Origin: Raillietiella orientalis
Taxonomy: Eukaryota
Length of the DNA: 64,000 bases
Direction of reading: 5' to 3'
NCBI GenBank assembly: GCA_036172245.1
Contig: JAYWIR010000059.1
Span: 62,001 to 126,000 of the forward strand
A program made the position numbers and the translations under genes. Shown piece after piece: positions 37,460 through 53,067 of this stretch (positions are counted from its first letter, which is position 1; each line of letters starts with the position of its first letter). The notes beneath the pieces were generated by a model that did not search any database, had not been told where the DNA came from, and saw nothing but the letters and a program-made list of their open reading frames with translations.

Positions 37460-40400
37460 CGAAACTTCCGTTTAATGTGCTTCCTGCTATGTACCTATGT
37501 TTTCACAACACAGAAACTGTGTGCTTGAATCATGTTTACATGGAGTAGATCCACCGCAACACTCAAAACAAAACCTCGAACACGGACTCAGGATGCTAAG
37601 AATCTCCAATGATTAAGTGATGCACAGAGGACAATATCGTCATTAAAATTCGAATCCTTATGACAATAAATAACATGAAACTTATAATAAATTTAAAATC
37701 TGTATCCATACTAATAGAATTTGAATTCTCTGTAATTCACTTTTTAGATATTTCGAGTAAAATTACTGAATTTATTCCTTCTAACTAACATTTAAGTCAA
37801 TTGCAAAGATTATCAGTTTGAAATGTTTTTTTTGACAACGTGTACAAATACAATATTAGCAATAATTTTCCTTAAAGGTGATCAATGCCTTCCTTCTTAT
37901 TTTATCATAACATACACCAATAAGTATTTAGAGATTTTCCCAAAATTTCGTTGAATAAGATGATGCGGATATAAGAGGATAACCAAGTTTCTGAAGTTGG
38001 GAGAACCTGCATGAATTTAGGCTATCATCTAAATGCCTATTTTTATTGTCTATCTAATTTTCTGAATATTTTTTTCGGTGTCAAAACTTAACGTTGCATT
38101 AATTTTCCATGCATAGAGTTAAAGGCTTAGACGATGATTCTACACTTTTTTTGTGTGTGTGATAAATCAATGGTTAGGATGTACGAATTTTAAATCATAC
38201 GTAATTGTTGATTTACAGGATACTCTCTCTTCATGTATGCAATTCACATACACTTTAGAATGAACTACTGAATGAACACACAAGAACACGCCACAACGCA
38301 TAGTTCACTGTTAAATTTCTGATTATATTTTATTGCTAAACATTTATATATGCTCATTCTTAATACATTTAATATTTAATATTTGATAAATACTTTAATA
38401 TTTGATTTAAATACCTAAATCACGAAAATATTTTCCTTCGTTCATTTTTTGCTTAGTATTAATCACCCTAAGAATTTTCCAGCTCTCTTCTGGTGCACAT
38501 TACAATTCCGCATACAGATTTTTATCATATTAAACTAGAAGGAATTTTTTCTATTCTTCATGACGAAGTTCCACGAATACCACATAAAAGCAAAAACAGA
38601 GATTAATCTAGGTATAATCAGACTTAATTTTTAGTCAAATTTTATTTTACTTTTCATCGATTTTATTATCTTATAATGATTTAAGATATTAACATCTCAA
38701 TTAAAAATTATCAATCCCTTTATTCGAGGTATGAGAGTTCTCTTTTTCGTCGATCTATAAAACTATTCATCCACATTCTGAAAGTTGTTGAACTGTTTTC
38801 TGGATATTGCTGACAGTTGACAGTTCTCATCAGGATTTATCTGCATGGACTGAAGCAACTAATACATGATTATAGTGTTTTTGAGTGGATCAGTCAACTG
38901 GGACTTTTTAACATGGTTGCAATTAGTCCTGTACTAGCGCTTGGAAACTATGCACAATGGCTTCAGAGAGGAATGAAAAATCAGACAGAACCCAAACCTA
39001 AGAATCTGGCTTTCCTAGCCAATAGTTTTCGGTATTCTAAAGTTGGACTTTCATAAATTTGCATTGGAATTCATCCTGTGTATCTGTTTCTTTTTTGGAC
39101 GAATAGAAGCGTTTTGAAGAACAGAGTCGCCTGCATATTCATCGTCTGTCGAAAACTTGCGTAGTATTATGGCATGCAAGTAGTGTGATAAAATCCAAAC
39201 AATTGTTGCTTTGCGAGTGAAACATTTCTTATTTATTATGAAAAACCTCAGTAAGATAATGTAAATGATTTATGAAGTTTCGTTTAACACCCATCTTCCG
39301 CAGCTGTCATGAGAACGGAGATGAATTATGAAACAAGATCGATATCTATAAAGACATCCACAGGCTATTCTGCTCATAACTCTATCAGCACAAGAAGAGA
39401 AACTATTCAATATTGCTTATATACGGTAACATCTGTTTGCAGTGCAGACAATTTTTATGATTATTGAACGTGCATTTCATGGAAAAAAGGAGGAGAGGTA
39501 GCCTAAAAGAAGCCTAAAAGATGGCTTACCATCTTTTGGGCTTACACTATAGGCGGAGCTTTCGAAAATCACTCAAAAGACATGAAATTCCCCCCGATTG
39601 CCTGAGTTTCTAACATTCACTCTGAAAGAGACACATTTCCAGTGCTACTGAGTTGAATGAGAAAAGAGTTTTTTAAACTTTTTTCAAGTATTCGGAAAGT
39701 GTTTTTATGGAGAATCATGAGGATCTGTTGCCTACACCATCACTGCCTAATTTAAGATTTCAATAGTTGTCAATTAACACGGCCTTCAAATCATTTTAAT
39801 ATGTGCATGTTTCCTCCCTTCTTTTTCATGATTTTGCCCGTGAGACAAGACATTTAGGTTTCCTCCTCAATCAGTTATGCCATCCATACTCCGGTTTGAG
39901 ATCCCCGTAAATTTATTCTCAGCTTATTTTCCTTCCCTTAAACTGACTTTTCAAATTCCATTATATGAATTTCACATAATGAAGTTTTGTTAAAAAGAAC
40001 TCGATATAAGGTCACTGATATTTGTAAGATAAGCATAGACTGTAAGTGGCCCGGTAGCATGTCATTCGTATCACTGTCTTGTTATTTTATTTGTTTTGTA
40101 TGCCTATAAATAATGAATTTCGAGCTCTTATGGACACTGCTTTTATTAATTTAGCGTAGCGCTTGCCACTTTACTTATAGGGGCTGTGGAGCAAAGAATA
40201 TAGAATTTCTTTCTCATATGTTTTTGGTCGCCTTCTAGAACCGATAGAAATAATCCAAATTTTCGGAAGTGGTTAGGTTAAAAAGTGATCTCTGTGCATG
40301 TGACATGATTTCACATTTTCCATTCCCCTAGATCTCTGACTATTCAGCATTCTCTTTGCAGCATTGCCATCACGTGCAATTAGTTGTTAGCAGGCAGTTT

Positions 40401-43400
40401 ATCGTCTGAGTTTTCATTTGGAGCATTTTAGGTGGAAAAGCCATGTCGAACTTTCTGATGAGTCACCGCGATTACCAAATAAATGAGAAACTGTTGCACT
40501 TATCTTGTTTGCAGTATTTACATTTTTTGGGTCTACATTTTTCATATTTCCTTTCATTGAAACCTAAGAAGTAAAAATGCAATCAACTAGTTTTTTCATT
40601 TCAAACTCTACCCTTTGATAAGGTGAGTTTTTTTTTCTTTCCTTAATTACGTTCATTAAATATTTTTGGTCACCAGCTATCATCTGTGATCAAAAGACAC
40701 AGAAAAAAATCTATTTATCTATCAGGAATTAAATAGTGTAAGAATACATCATACTTCGAGAACCTACAGTTCTTTAATGTTGTTCAAGAAAACATTAAAT
40801 ACAAATGTTTTCTGTTAGTTACTACCACTTTCAGTGAGCATTCTTGTTTTGTCCTGTCCAAAATTTTCTTCTAAATCTGTTCTGGCTAAGATCTTAGCCT
40901 GAACTGAGCAAATTTGATTCATAAGTCCTTATACTACGATCTGCCTCTCATCTTGATAATCACCATATTTCTGGAAACTAGATCAGATTCGGCTGCAAGA
41001 AACTGTCGCAATGCAATCTGGGCTGATCTTTTCGAATCTCATGTTCCAGTGAATGGCTTGCATTTACAAAAATACTGCTCTTGCCTATATTTCAGCAAAG
41101 TTACATAACAGACTTTTTCAATTTGCCAATCCTTTGCAACTTAATTATCCACACTTTATTGAATAGAATTATTATTCACTTAGTAGATCAAGAGTAGTCT
41201 AATATAGGTCCAGCAAACCTACAAAAACAGGATGTGCATATGAGACCACAGAAGAAAAACAGTGTAGAAACAGCACTTGATTTTTTTATCTGGAGCACTT
41301 CACATTATTTTTCCTTGTGAAGATATCTGAATATTGGATATCTTATGTAATCGTTATGAACATTTAAGTAATAATATAGTGCTTAGATATTTGTAACCAT
41401 TTTCAATCATCAGTAATATTTTCAGTTGCAAACATTTGTTATGGAATCTCTGGTATAAATTTCCAAAATCCGTATGTTATCCGTTTGTTACCCAACAGCA
41501 AACAACAATTTTTTATAGAAATTTTTTAATCTTATAGAAATTCCATCATCACCTATTACAGAATCAAACTAAACTTTCTGAGAGTCTCGAAGATTGCAAC
41601 CTCGGAAAATATTATAGTGTGATATGACTGGAATTATATATCAAAAAGTGCATTATGATAAATCCCATACTTTGCCTTTTATGAGAATAAAGAGATAATC
41701 AGAGCTAGTCGTGACTTCAGAGCAATTACATTGCCCTTAAGAAAGTATATTATTTTACACATCATAGAGGCGTTGAATCATGCATATAATATATAAGCAA
41801 AAGATCCTTAATTATCTTTTTCCACTTTCTAACCTAGTTGATCTGGTTGGTATCTATCAGTCTTCAGGTTGCGTCATCTCCTATCCATGCCGATGATTCT
41901 GATTTTCAGCCGGTGAGAGTTTGGCTCCTCCTGTGCTTCATCTGGTGTAACTCCTAGCCAGTGAGTCCAATAAATATCCCTACTACAGGATATTAAAGAC
42001 GAAACGATGAGCTTGAGTCTAGTCGGCATCTATCCTAAGAATCCCTAGTTTCTTCATTCTTGGGATCCCATTGTCCGAACGAGCCAACAAATAGAGGGTT
42101 AGGCTCCATCAGAGGATAGGAGGAGAGCCGTTTACCTTCTTTTCTCTGGCTTCTGTGAATGCTACTTGTATGTTTTCGAAAAAGCAGAATTCACTCGAGA
42201 TTATTGTTCGAGTTTCCATCTTCAAAATTGATTAGGGTCTTGGGTTTAGCTACCGATCCAGAATAGACCGATTCTTATCCGCAATTTCCTATTTACCAGA
42301 GATCTCCTGATGATGATGTCAATTATGAAGTCATGTTTCCGGGAGTCGCTTGCAGTAAGTTTGTATGTGAGGCATGGGTCTCCTCTCAATCGTGACCGAG
42401 TCTGAGCGATTGATCTCCATTTCTTCTCTTCTCACCCTGGATGGAAAGGTTATGGTGAGTTGCAAGATTCATTCTGAAGTCTATGGATCTCAAATGTTAG
42501 CCGGAGTTGAGAAAGCATATGAATGCTTCATGCAGTCTAATGCATGTTATGGCTTTTCTCTGATCCAAATGAGTTTCTATGAGGAAGTGCCATGCTTTGC
42601 TACACGAAACTCTCGTACGTTTTGATGAATTAAATGAATCGTGCCGAAATGTTTTCAAGGAATGCATAATGGTATATGGAATTTACTAGACACTCATTGA
42701 GATCGATATTAACGTAGACTGATCTGGAAAGATCATCTCTGAAGGATGTTACTAAGCGCTCTGCGCGATATGAATCAGAGATATCCAGAAGTTTCCAAAT
42801 GCAAATGGTTGTAAATTGAAATTTACAAGCCTTGTGAGTATTGATTTTAATGACAAAGAAGATTTTGAAAATTTTATTAAAGAGTCTAGGAATTTCCCGT
42901 TTCATGACCGATTCATAATTTTCACAGCTTTTTAATGGGAATTTTAAGAAAAAAACACTCCATGACACAGTTTTTGGGTCTCTTGCTCTCATAACATGCA
43001 ATCATGAAACCAAAATTCCCATATTTATTTACAAAAACTATTTTATAAAAGGAACCTCATTTCATGAGAAGCACAAAGGAGCCATAATTAATAGATCACA
43101 ATAGCTGGAAAAAAAATATCATGATTATAATAACATTATTTGAAGATGCTTTAAAATGTGCATAATTTTCTAAGCTTAAAGGTTTTTTATGTAAATATTG
43201 CTGTGATCTTATCGCCTCCATTCACGAATGAAAGAAACTGATGACAATGTATAAGAATAGATAGAGAGGATAAGAAGTATCTGTTTGAATTCCTTTGTAG
43301 CTTAAATGAATACTATTGGGATGTACCAGAGAAGTAGTGAGTTAGTACCGAACGAATGGATGATTGAAGTATTTGTTTAATAAAATAAAGATCGGGAACA

Positions 43401-45272
43401 CATGATGCGGAATTTTCTCATTGAATGAACTGAAGGGGATTAAAAAGAAATATTGCATAAAATGCATACAGGTTAATTCATTTTTAAATTTTATCGATAG
43501 TTTTCTATTAATCTCAGGTTCTTTGCATTATATAGTCCTTTTTTTTCCGTTTTGAAAAATACGTATCCGTATTCATATCGCGATCTTTTTGAGCAATACT
43601 TTTAAATGGTTAGTATTGAAATTTTTTATAATAATAATTGATTTTATAAAACGGTTGTGAGTGCATGGCAGAGTACTGTTGTCATTCTTTAAAAAAGGAA
43701 TACTTTGTTGCTGGAAGGATTTCAATTATTTAAATTGTAACAGCAAAATTGCACAACCGTAAAGAGAAAATCCAAACTTTTGCTACTGCCACTGAAACAA
43801 ATATCCGCAAATTGAGATCCATACTCTTATATCCTTTTTTCGGGCTTAGTTGAAGGAAGAATGTCATCCAAGGAAACCAAAGACTCAGGAGGGTGGGGTT
43901 TTTAGGGAATCAAGTGTCGCAGAGTGTTACGTTGGAAATATTAACAAACACTTTAAACCCTGAACATTGCAGCATGGCGATCATTCACGTATCTCCTCCT
44001 TCAATTTGCCGCCATTCATGTTTTGTGTATAGCTGGGTCCGTGTTCTGTTTTTCTAGGGATGTTTTTCCATGTTCACACTGAACAGAAAGTTATAATGTC
44101 GTTCGATGCGAATTCTCATTAATGGGGGAAAAATATATATCTAATAATCTAAATATATAACTAATAAATATATATCTAATTTTAAATTTTCGAACTGGAG
44201 ATGGCCGGAGAGGGGTATCTTCCACACGAGTCATAACAGGAAAAAAAGTCATTCATGTTTTCGCAAACGTTATCGCGACTACGAGAACTACAGAGTATTA
44301 GCAGTACGAGCCGATGAACTTTTCGATAATAACCAAATATCCTGGAACTAACGACTCGAAACGAGCGGAACGCTGCAACGCATACTTGAAAAAAAAAAAA
44401 AAAATCCCCCCAGATTTATGTCAGACAATGATGGTGCGGTGCGTTGGTACCACCTTGCCATCCGTGGTGTTGAATCTGCGGGAGGAGACGGGACTCCGAG
44501 CTACGTAGACGATTGTTATCAATAGGAAGTAGACCGAGGGGGATTCTGGTCAGCGTTCGAGTAGGAAGGAATTCTTTAACTTTAACGGTAGAATGAAACG
44601 CACCACCGCTTTTCCAAATTAAAGTATGTGATTTCGAAAAAAAAGAAAAAAGACAAGCAAAAGTAATTCGAACGAAGATCCTTGAAAGTATTAACTTTGC
44701 GTATGGCCTTCCACATTAGGTTGTTCAAAGGTTCGCATGTTACATTTCATAAAGTAGCCCCCTTTGTTTTTTGTTTTTTTGCCATTTTTTACGCACAAAA
44801 ATGATTTGCCTCCAAATGTTAGCATCGAGTTGAAATCGGGACAAATTTAGTTTTTTTTAAATTATGCAGATCTCCGAGAACGTAGGAACTGTTTTCTCGG
44901 TATGAACTTCCCGTCAGTATCATGCTCTTACGGTCTTGTAATGATAGTGTTGCATTACAGCCTGCAGAATTTTATTGAATCTGTGTAAAGATACCGATTG
45001 AAATGTAACATGAACCGTTTGGTTTTCAAACTATATATGTGTACCGTGGTTGCCAGTTATTCACTTCAGATTCAGTAAAATTGATGAAGTCTTTAAAGCT
45101 ACCTAAGTTTTCGTTTTTGTTAGAGTCTGATGTGTAGAGTAAAATTAGTTTTGTTTTGTAGTTTGCATCATACTAATATTCTGTAATTTTTTATCAAATG
45201 AAAGGTTCCTGAATGAAATTTTGGGTATTTCCTGCTTTGGATGGAATGTGAAACAAATACCAGAGAAAAAGG

Positions 45273-46867
45273 ATGGATAGGAATAACCCTTTCTATACAG
45301 ATGATGAGCTTGATAATAAATTTCTGAGCAATAAGCCAGCATCTTCTAATTACATTTTATCAAATAGACTGAGTGAGGAACAAAAGTCATATGAAAACAA
45401 AAAACTGCAACTTTTGGAAGAAAAAAAAAAGATAGAAGAAAGAACTTTAGAATCCTCCAAACGTTCTCTTGGTCTTATATATGAATCTGAACAGATTGGA
45501 ACTTCAACAGCTGAAGTACGACCTAATTTATTATTATGAAGCTATTTAATTCAAGACTAGATTTTCAAAATTTTTGCATAATCTTGTGTAACAGTTATCA
45601 TAATCACCTTTTGGGTTTACAATATTATGAAAAACTGACTAAAGTATGTCCAGGTACACATGGAAACAGATTAGGTATCTCCATGTTCTAATTACATTTA
45701 TATCTGCTTTGTGCTTATTTTCATTTTCAGTACTGAACTGTTAACAATAAGCATGCCAAAATGTTTGTTATTCTGATTGCAGTGATCTTAGCAAAACAAC
45801 TGTATGTAGATATGATTGTGTGAGCTCATAACTTGCATTCACAAAATGTATAGATGTAACTCAAGTGATGCATAATTGCACATATTCATGAAAAATCGAT
45901 TCACTTACAAGAATTCACATATTTCTGGAACATCTTGAGCAGTTTCTTGCATAGTCCAAGACATATATTTGATTGATTAAATCCTCCAATGTTGTATGTG
46001 TATATGCTAACTTTTAAATAAAAGCTAATTTTGAGTGTAATGATTGCAATAAAAGTACCCTTTTTTAAGAAATTTTCATCGTATAAATAGTACATACATG
46101 CTACATGCACACTTTTGATTTGTATATGAAGAAAATACTGTTACAGCTGATATTTGAATAACAGCAGCAGCTTGTGGACTTTAAAAAGTTATTAGCCAGT
46201 GTGTCATTTGAGATTTGCTATTTCAGGAGCTGCTCAAACAAAAGGAGCAACTGATGAACACAGAAAACAAACTAGATGAAATCAATCAGACATTGAGAGT
46301 CAGTGAACGACATATATCATCCATAAAGGTGATTATTTATTGTTTTTTAAGCCATAAGGAGAAGTCTTGCAGAGTGTCTTTAGCAGCATTAGAAACTATT
46401 TTAACAAAACTCCAGACATTCCAAAAATAACATCTAAAGGCAGCAGCAATAAACCAAACAATCTTCAGCAATCAGTTAACACCAGCAAACTGGAAGCATC
46501 CAAGTCTTTTTCCAGTCATCCAGGTAACATTTATGAGTAATACAATTCAAGATAACACTTTTGATAGCTTTAGCTCTAAGAGGGTTAAAGGATGAGAAAG
46601 AAGCTATAAATACTACCAAATCCTTTGATGATGTCCTGGAGAATCATTTGGGTAAGAAAGGTGATCTTAACTGACTGCTTGTATGGTGAGCTGGCAGAGG
46701 AGATGCACAGTGGATTAGGACGTTTAAAAGGATTAGCCTTGGGATTAGGAGAAGAAATATCGGAGCAGAATCAGATGTTGGATAGAATCACTGACAAAAC
46801 AGAAAAAGTTGAATGGAGGGTGGAGCGTCAGAACAAAGATATGAATCGCATTTTAAAACGGTCCTAG
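45273..46867 (+). CDS. SNAP29: Synaptosomal-associated protein 29. Exons: 45273-45515, 46227-46328, 46373-46523, 46568-46651, 46698-46867
   Basis: N-terminal NPF motif. SNARE-1 LESSKRSLGLIYESEQIGTSTAE|ELLKQKEQL; SNARE-2 GLGRLKGLALGLGEEISEQNQMLDRI. All introns are GT-AG and in frame. Confidence 0.93.
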
Positions 46868-46940
46868 GCATTAAATATAGATTGGGCTCAATCTGATGTG
46901 ATAAAAGTTTTACTTAACTCCAAAATTTCAGTAAAAGTTA

Positions 46941-47650
46941 TTATTGATGTGATGTCATGTGAATCCATTCAGCTGATACAGTAGCATCCTTAAGTTGCTT
47001 CTTTGTGTCTTCAGAATCTTCACTACCTGAACTCACAATTGGTTTTTGTTTTTTTTTCTGGGAAGGACAGTGATGAAATTTTCGAATTTTTTGTTTGGAG
47101 GAAGAAAATAACTGGATACCATGATTCTTTTTTGTTTTTGTTTTTTTCATATTTTGCAGAACGTTTACCATTTTTATTTGGCTGAAATTTTGACATTTTC
47201 TACATGGAATCTTTCAATAAGAGTACAAACATTAAGAGCAAAAATCACAATTTGATCCCTGAATCATACGAATGTAACATAGCCATTTAAAGATAATTCC
47301 TTTTAAATTCACGAGCAATTTCTTAATTATTTTTTTTTTACATACGGTGCATTTGGTGAACAAAAGGGTAATTACGAAGCTATTGATACTCTTCTAAATC
47401 ACGCAAGCAAATCCAAAATTACTTGCCTATCAATGAGTTTTTCTAACTTTTTTGCAATATAGACTCTGCTTTCAAGTGATAATTTGTCTTCACTCTCTAT
47501 ATTATTTTGATATGACCTTCCTGATTGCCTATTAGTCAGCGAAGCTGGGAAAATGTTGCTAGTGAAAAATTTGTCTGTGCCACATAGTGCATCTTCCAGT
47601 CGTTCTAATTCTGCCTTTTTAAGTTGATGCTTCTCAAAAGTTTTCTCCAT
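46941..47650 (-). CDS. CUSTOS: Protein CUSTOS (C12orf43 homolog). Exons: 47650-47427, 47181-46941
   Basis: Motifs match recalled CUSTOS blocks in order: ELERLEDA (ELERCREA), RVYIAKKLEKLID (RAHVAKKLGALLD), GIQLFSSS (GFRLFFTS), SEDSED..QLKDATVSAEWI (SEDSDE..RCREAAVSASDI). The spliced model gives 154 aa. Confidence 0.78.
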
Positions 47651-49833
47651 GTGTTTTACGTGAACGCATTAATTTTTCACAATTCAATTTTCAAGCTGGA
47701 ATGCAGATGTTCATGGGTGGAATGTTTACTTTCGGCAATCATCAAACGTTCAAACGTACATGTGTGAAACACTAGGGTTGAGCATCATAAGAATATCGGT
47801 CCGAGTAGGAAGTTCTCATGTAGCACACACTCTCCATCATTACTGAACTCAGTTTAATCATTAGGCATTTTCTTGCAGGTTTGTCTTATTCGAAACATTT
47901 CGCACTGCAGCTCGTGCTATGGACTCAACACGGAGGGACAGCAGCGATTTGACGCCGTCAAAACTCAAACGAGCTCTCCACTATGTAGCTAGTGTGAACA
48001 GATGTAAATAACGGTAGCAGGCAATATGTAATGCAGTATGTGTGTTTTCTTTCTTTCTTTTTCCCCTCCGCAAAAAGTGTGTGCAGTTTCAAATCGCGCG
48101 TTTTGGGGGTCAGCATGCCAATTTCGCACGGTTCAGCTCCTCTAACGAAGGAACGACCAGGAGGAAGTCTCTGGCGTCTTTCTGGCGTTGGAGTGGTTTA
48201 ACACAAATGGCTTGGTAGTGCCAAGTGTTGCTGTAGGCATTGGTTGATACGAAGAGGGACAAGAGCTTCGAAGCAAACGTGAATAAGCCAGCTCTTTTTG
48301 GAAAGTTCGTCCTAATCATGGTTTCTTGTTTTTTGGAATAGGAGTGCGATTTCTATTGATTTTGGAACAGTGATGTCCTGACTCTGTGTTTATCTTACGA
48401 AGGAATGGTTTGCCGCGTGATATCCAAGATGTTAAAAAGTGCAGACTAGAGTTTACACGGAAATAAATAAGCTACTACTGTTTCCAGATAATGGGTTCGC
48501 GTAGCATAAAAAGCAGCGTATAAGTTTTCGTTTATTTTAAATTATGCCGATATTCCTTTTATGCTTCTTGGGATCGCCACTCTTCTGGTTGAGCAAAGCC
48601 AGTATTCATAAAAATTTCTTTCCTTATGTTTTTCAATGTATTATAACAGAATCGGTCAGAAAAACGTAATAAGCTAAATTTGGATTTAATGCTGTCATGG
48701 CATCGTTCTGATTAAACCCGTGTCAGAACCGGTAGTCAAGCAACTTGAAAGTCCCAATCTTGTCATCAGCATTGAGACTTAAGAGACCAAAGGCCAAATA
48801 CAGACATTGTTTCATATACTACAAAACGTCCAAAGCTTGTTGTCTGAGCGCATCTTTAAGAGGACAGATATTATATTCCCGAGAAAGATTTAACGATTTT
48901 CGTCTCAGAGGCAGGAACTCAGATGAATGATTGCGGGCGTAGACATTGTCAGTGCTTAATGTTTGTGATTTCAAAAGTTTTTCTGAGAGTTTACAATTAC
49001 GATGAGAAATCTCCTTTAAAACATTCGTAGTCGTCTCTGCCATCTCCCTTGTAAATCAGTTCTTTTCTCAAGTCTTACTTTCGATCTTCAGTCAAAAAGA
49101 CCTTCAAAGAAAAAGAAAAGGAAAGCATTAAGCAGGGACGGTACCTGAGACTGCCGTGATTTATTTACAGTAAGTTTCGAACTACAGCTTTCCGGAAATA
49201 GTGCTTCCTGGATTCCATTCAATGACTACAAATTCAGAACTGCAATTTTCGAGCCTCAGACGCGAAGAAAAAAGTTTCGTTTTTTTTTGTTTCTTGACTA
49301 GGTTTCGTAATTGCACATGATTCATCATGTATTTGCGCGAGCTTTCAGTGTCCCCATACCACAGCTGCATGGACAACGCAAACCATCGAAAATTGTCGAT
49401 TTCTGATCGCCAATGCTGACTTGCTGTTATGAAACGATGGCGATGTAAGCAGTTTCTATTTGCCTGTGTTATGAAAGTGCGTAACTGATTCCGTCATTTC
49501 TTCCACAGTGTCCAAATACTGCTTAAAATTTGTTTTGGGATGCTATGTAAAAATCGGCACGATGTATGATGAAACAGTTAATTCCTTTCCTCGCCTTAAG
49601 CCAAGTTTTCGTTTTTCGATCACGTTGGAAAAAAAAAAAAAAATCATACACAGATTTACTGTTTAAGAGTAATCAAAAAATCATTTATTTTAATCAAACT
49701 AGTTTGCAAGAACTAGGTTCGTACTAAATCAAAACTTTGTGAAAAATTACCAAGCATCAATTTGAGTACAATGAATACGTGGATATATTCGGAAAACTTT
49801 TCATTTGCTGAACATTCTTTCGATATCAAAGTT

Positions 49834-53067
<3,234 letters not shown>

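Noticed and set aside
48110..48319. hAT dimerisation-like fragment (ASKLLSLFVST)
   Set aside because: A single short motif with no TIR or TSD.
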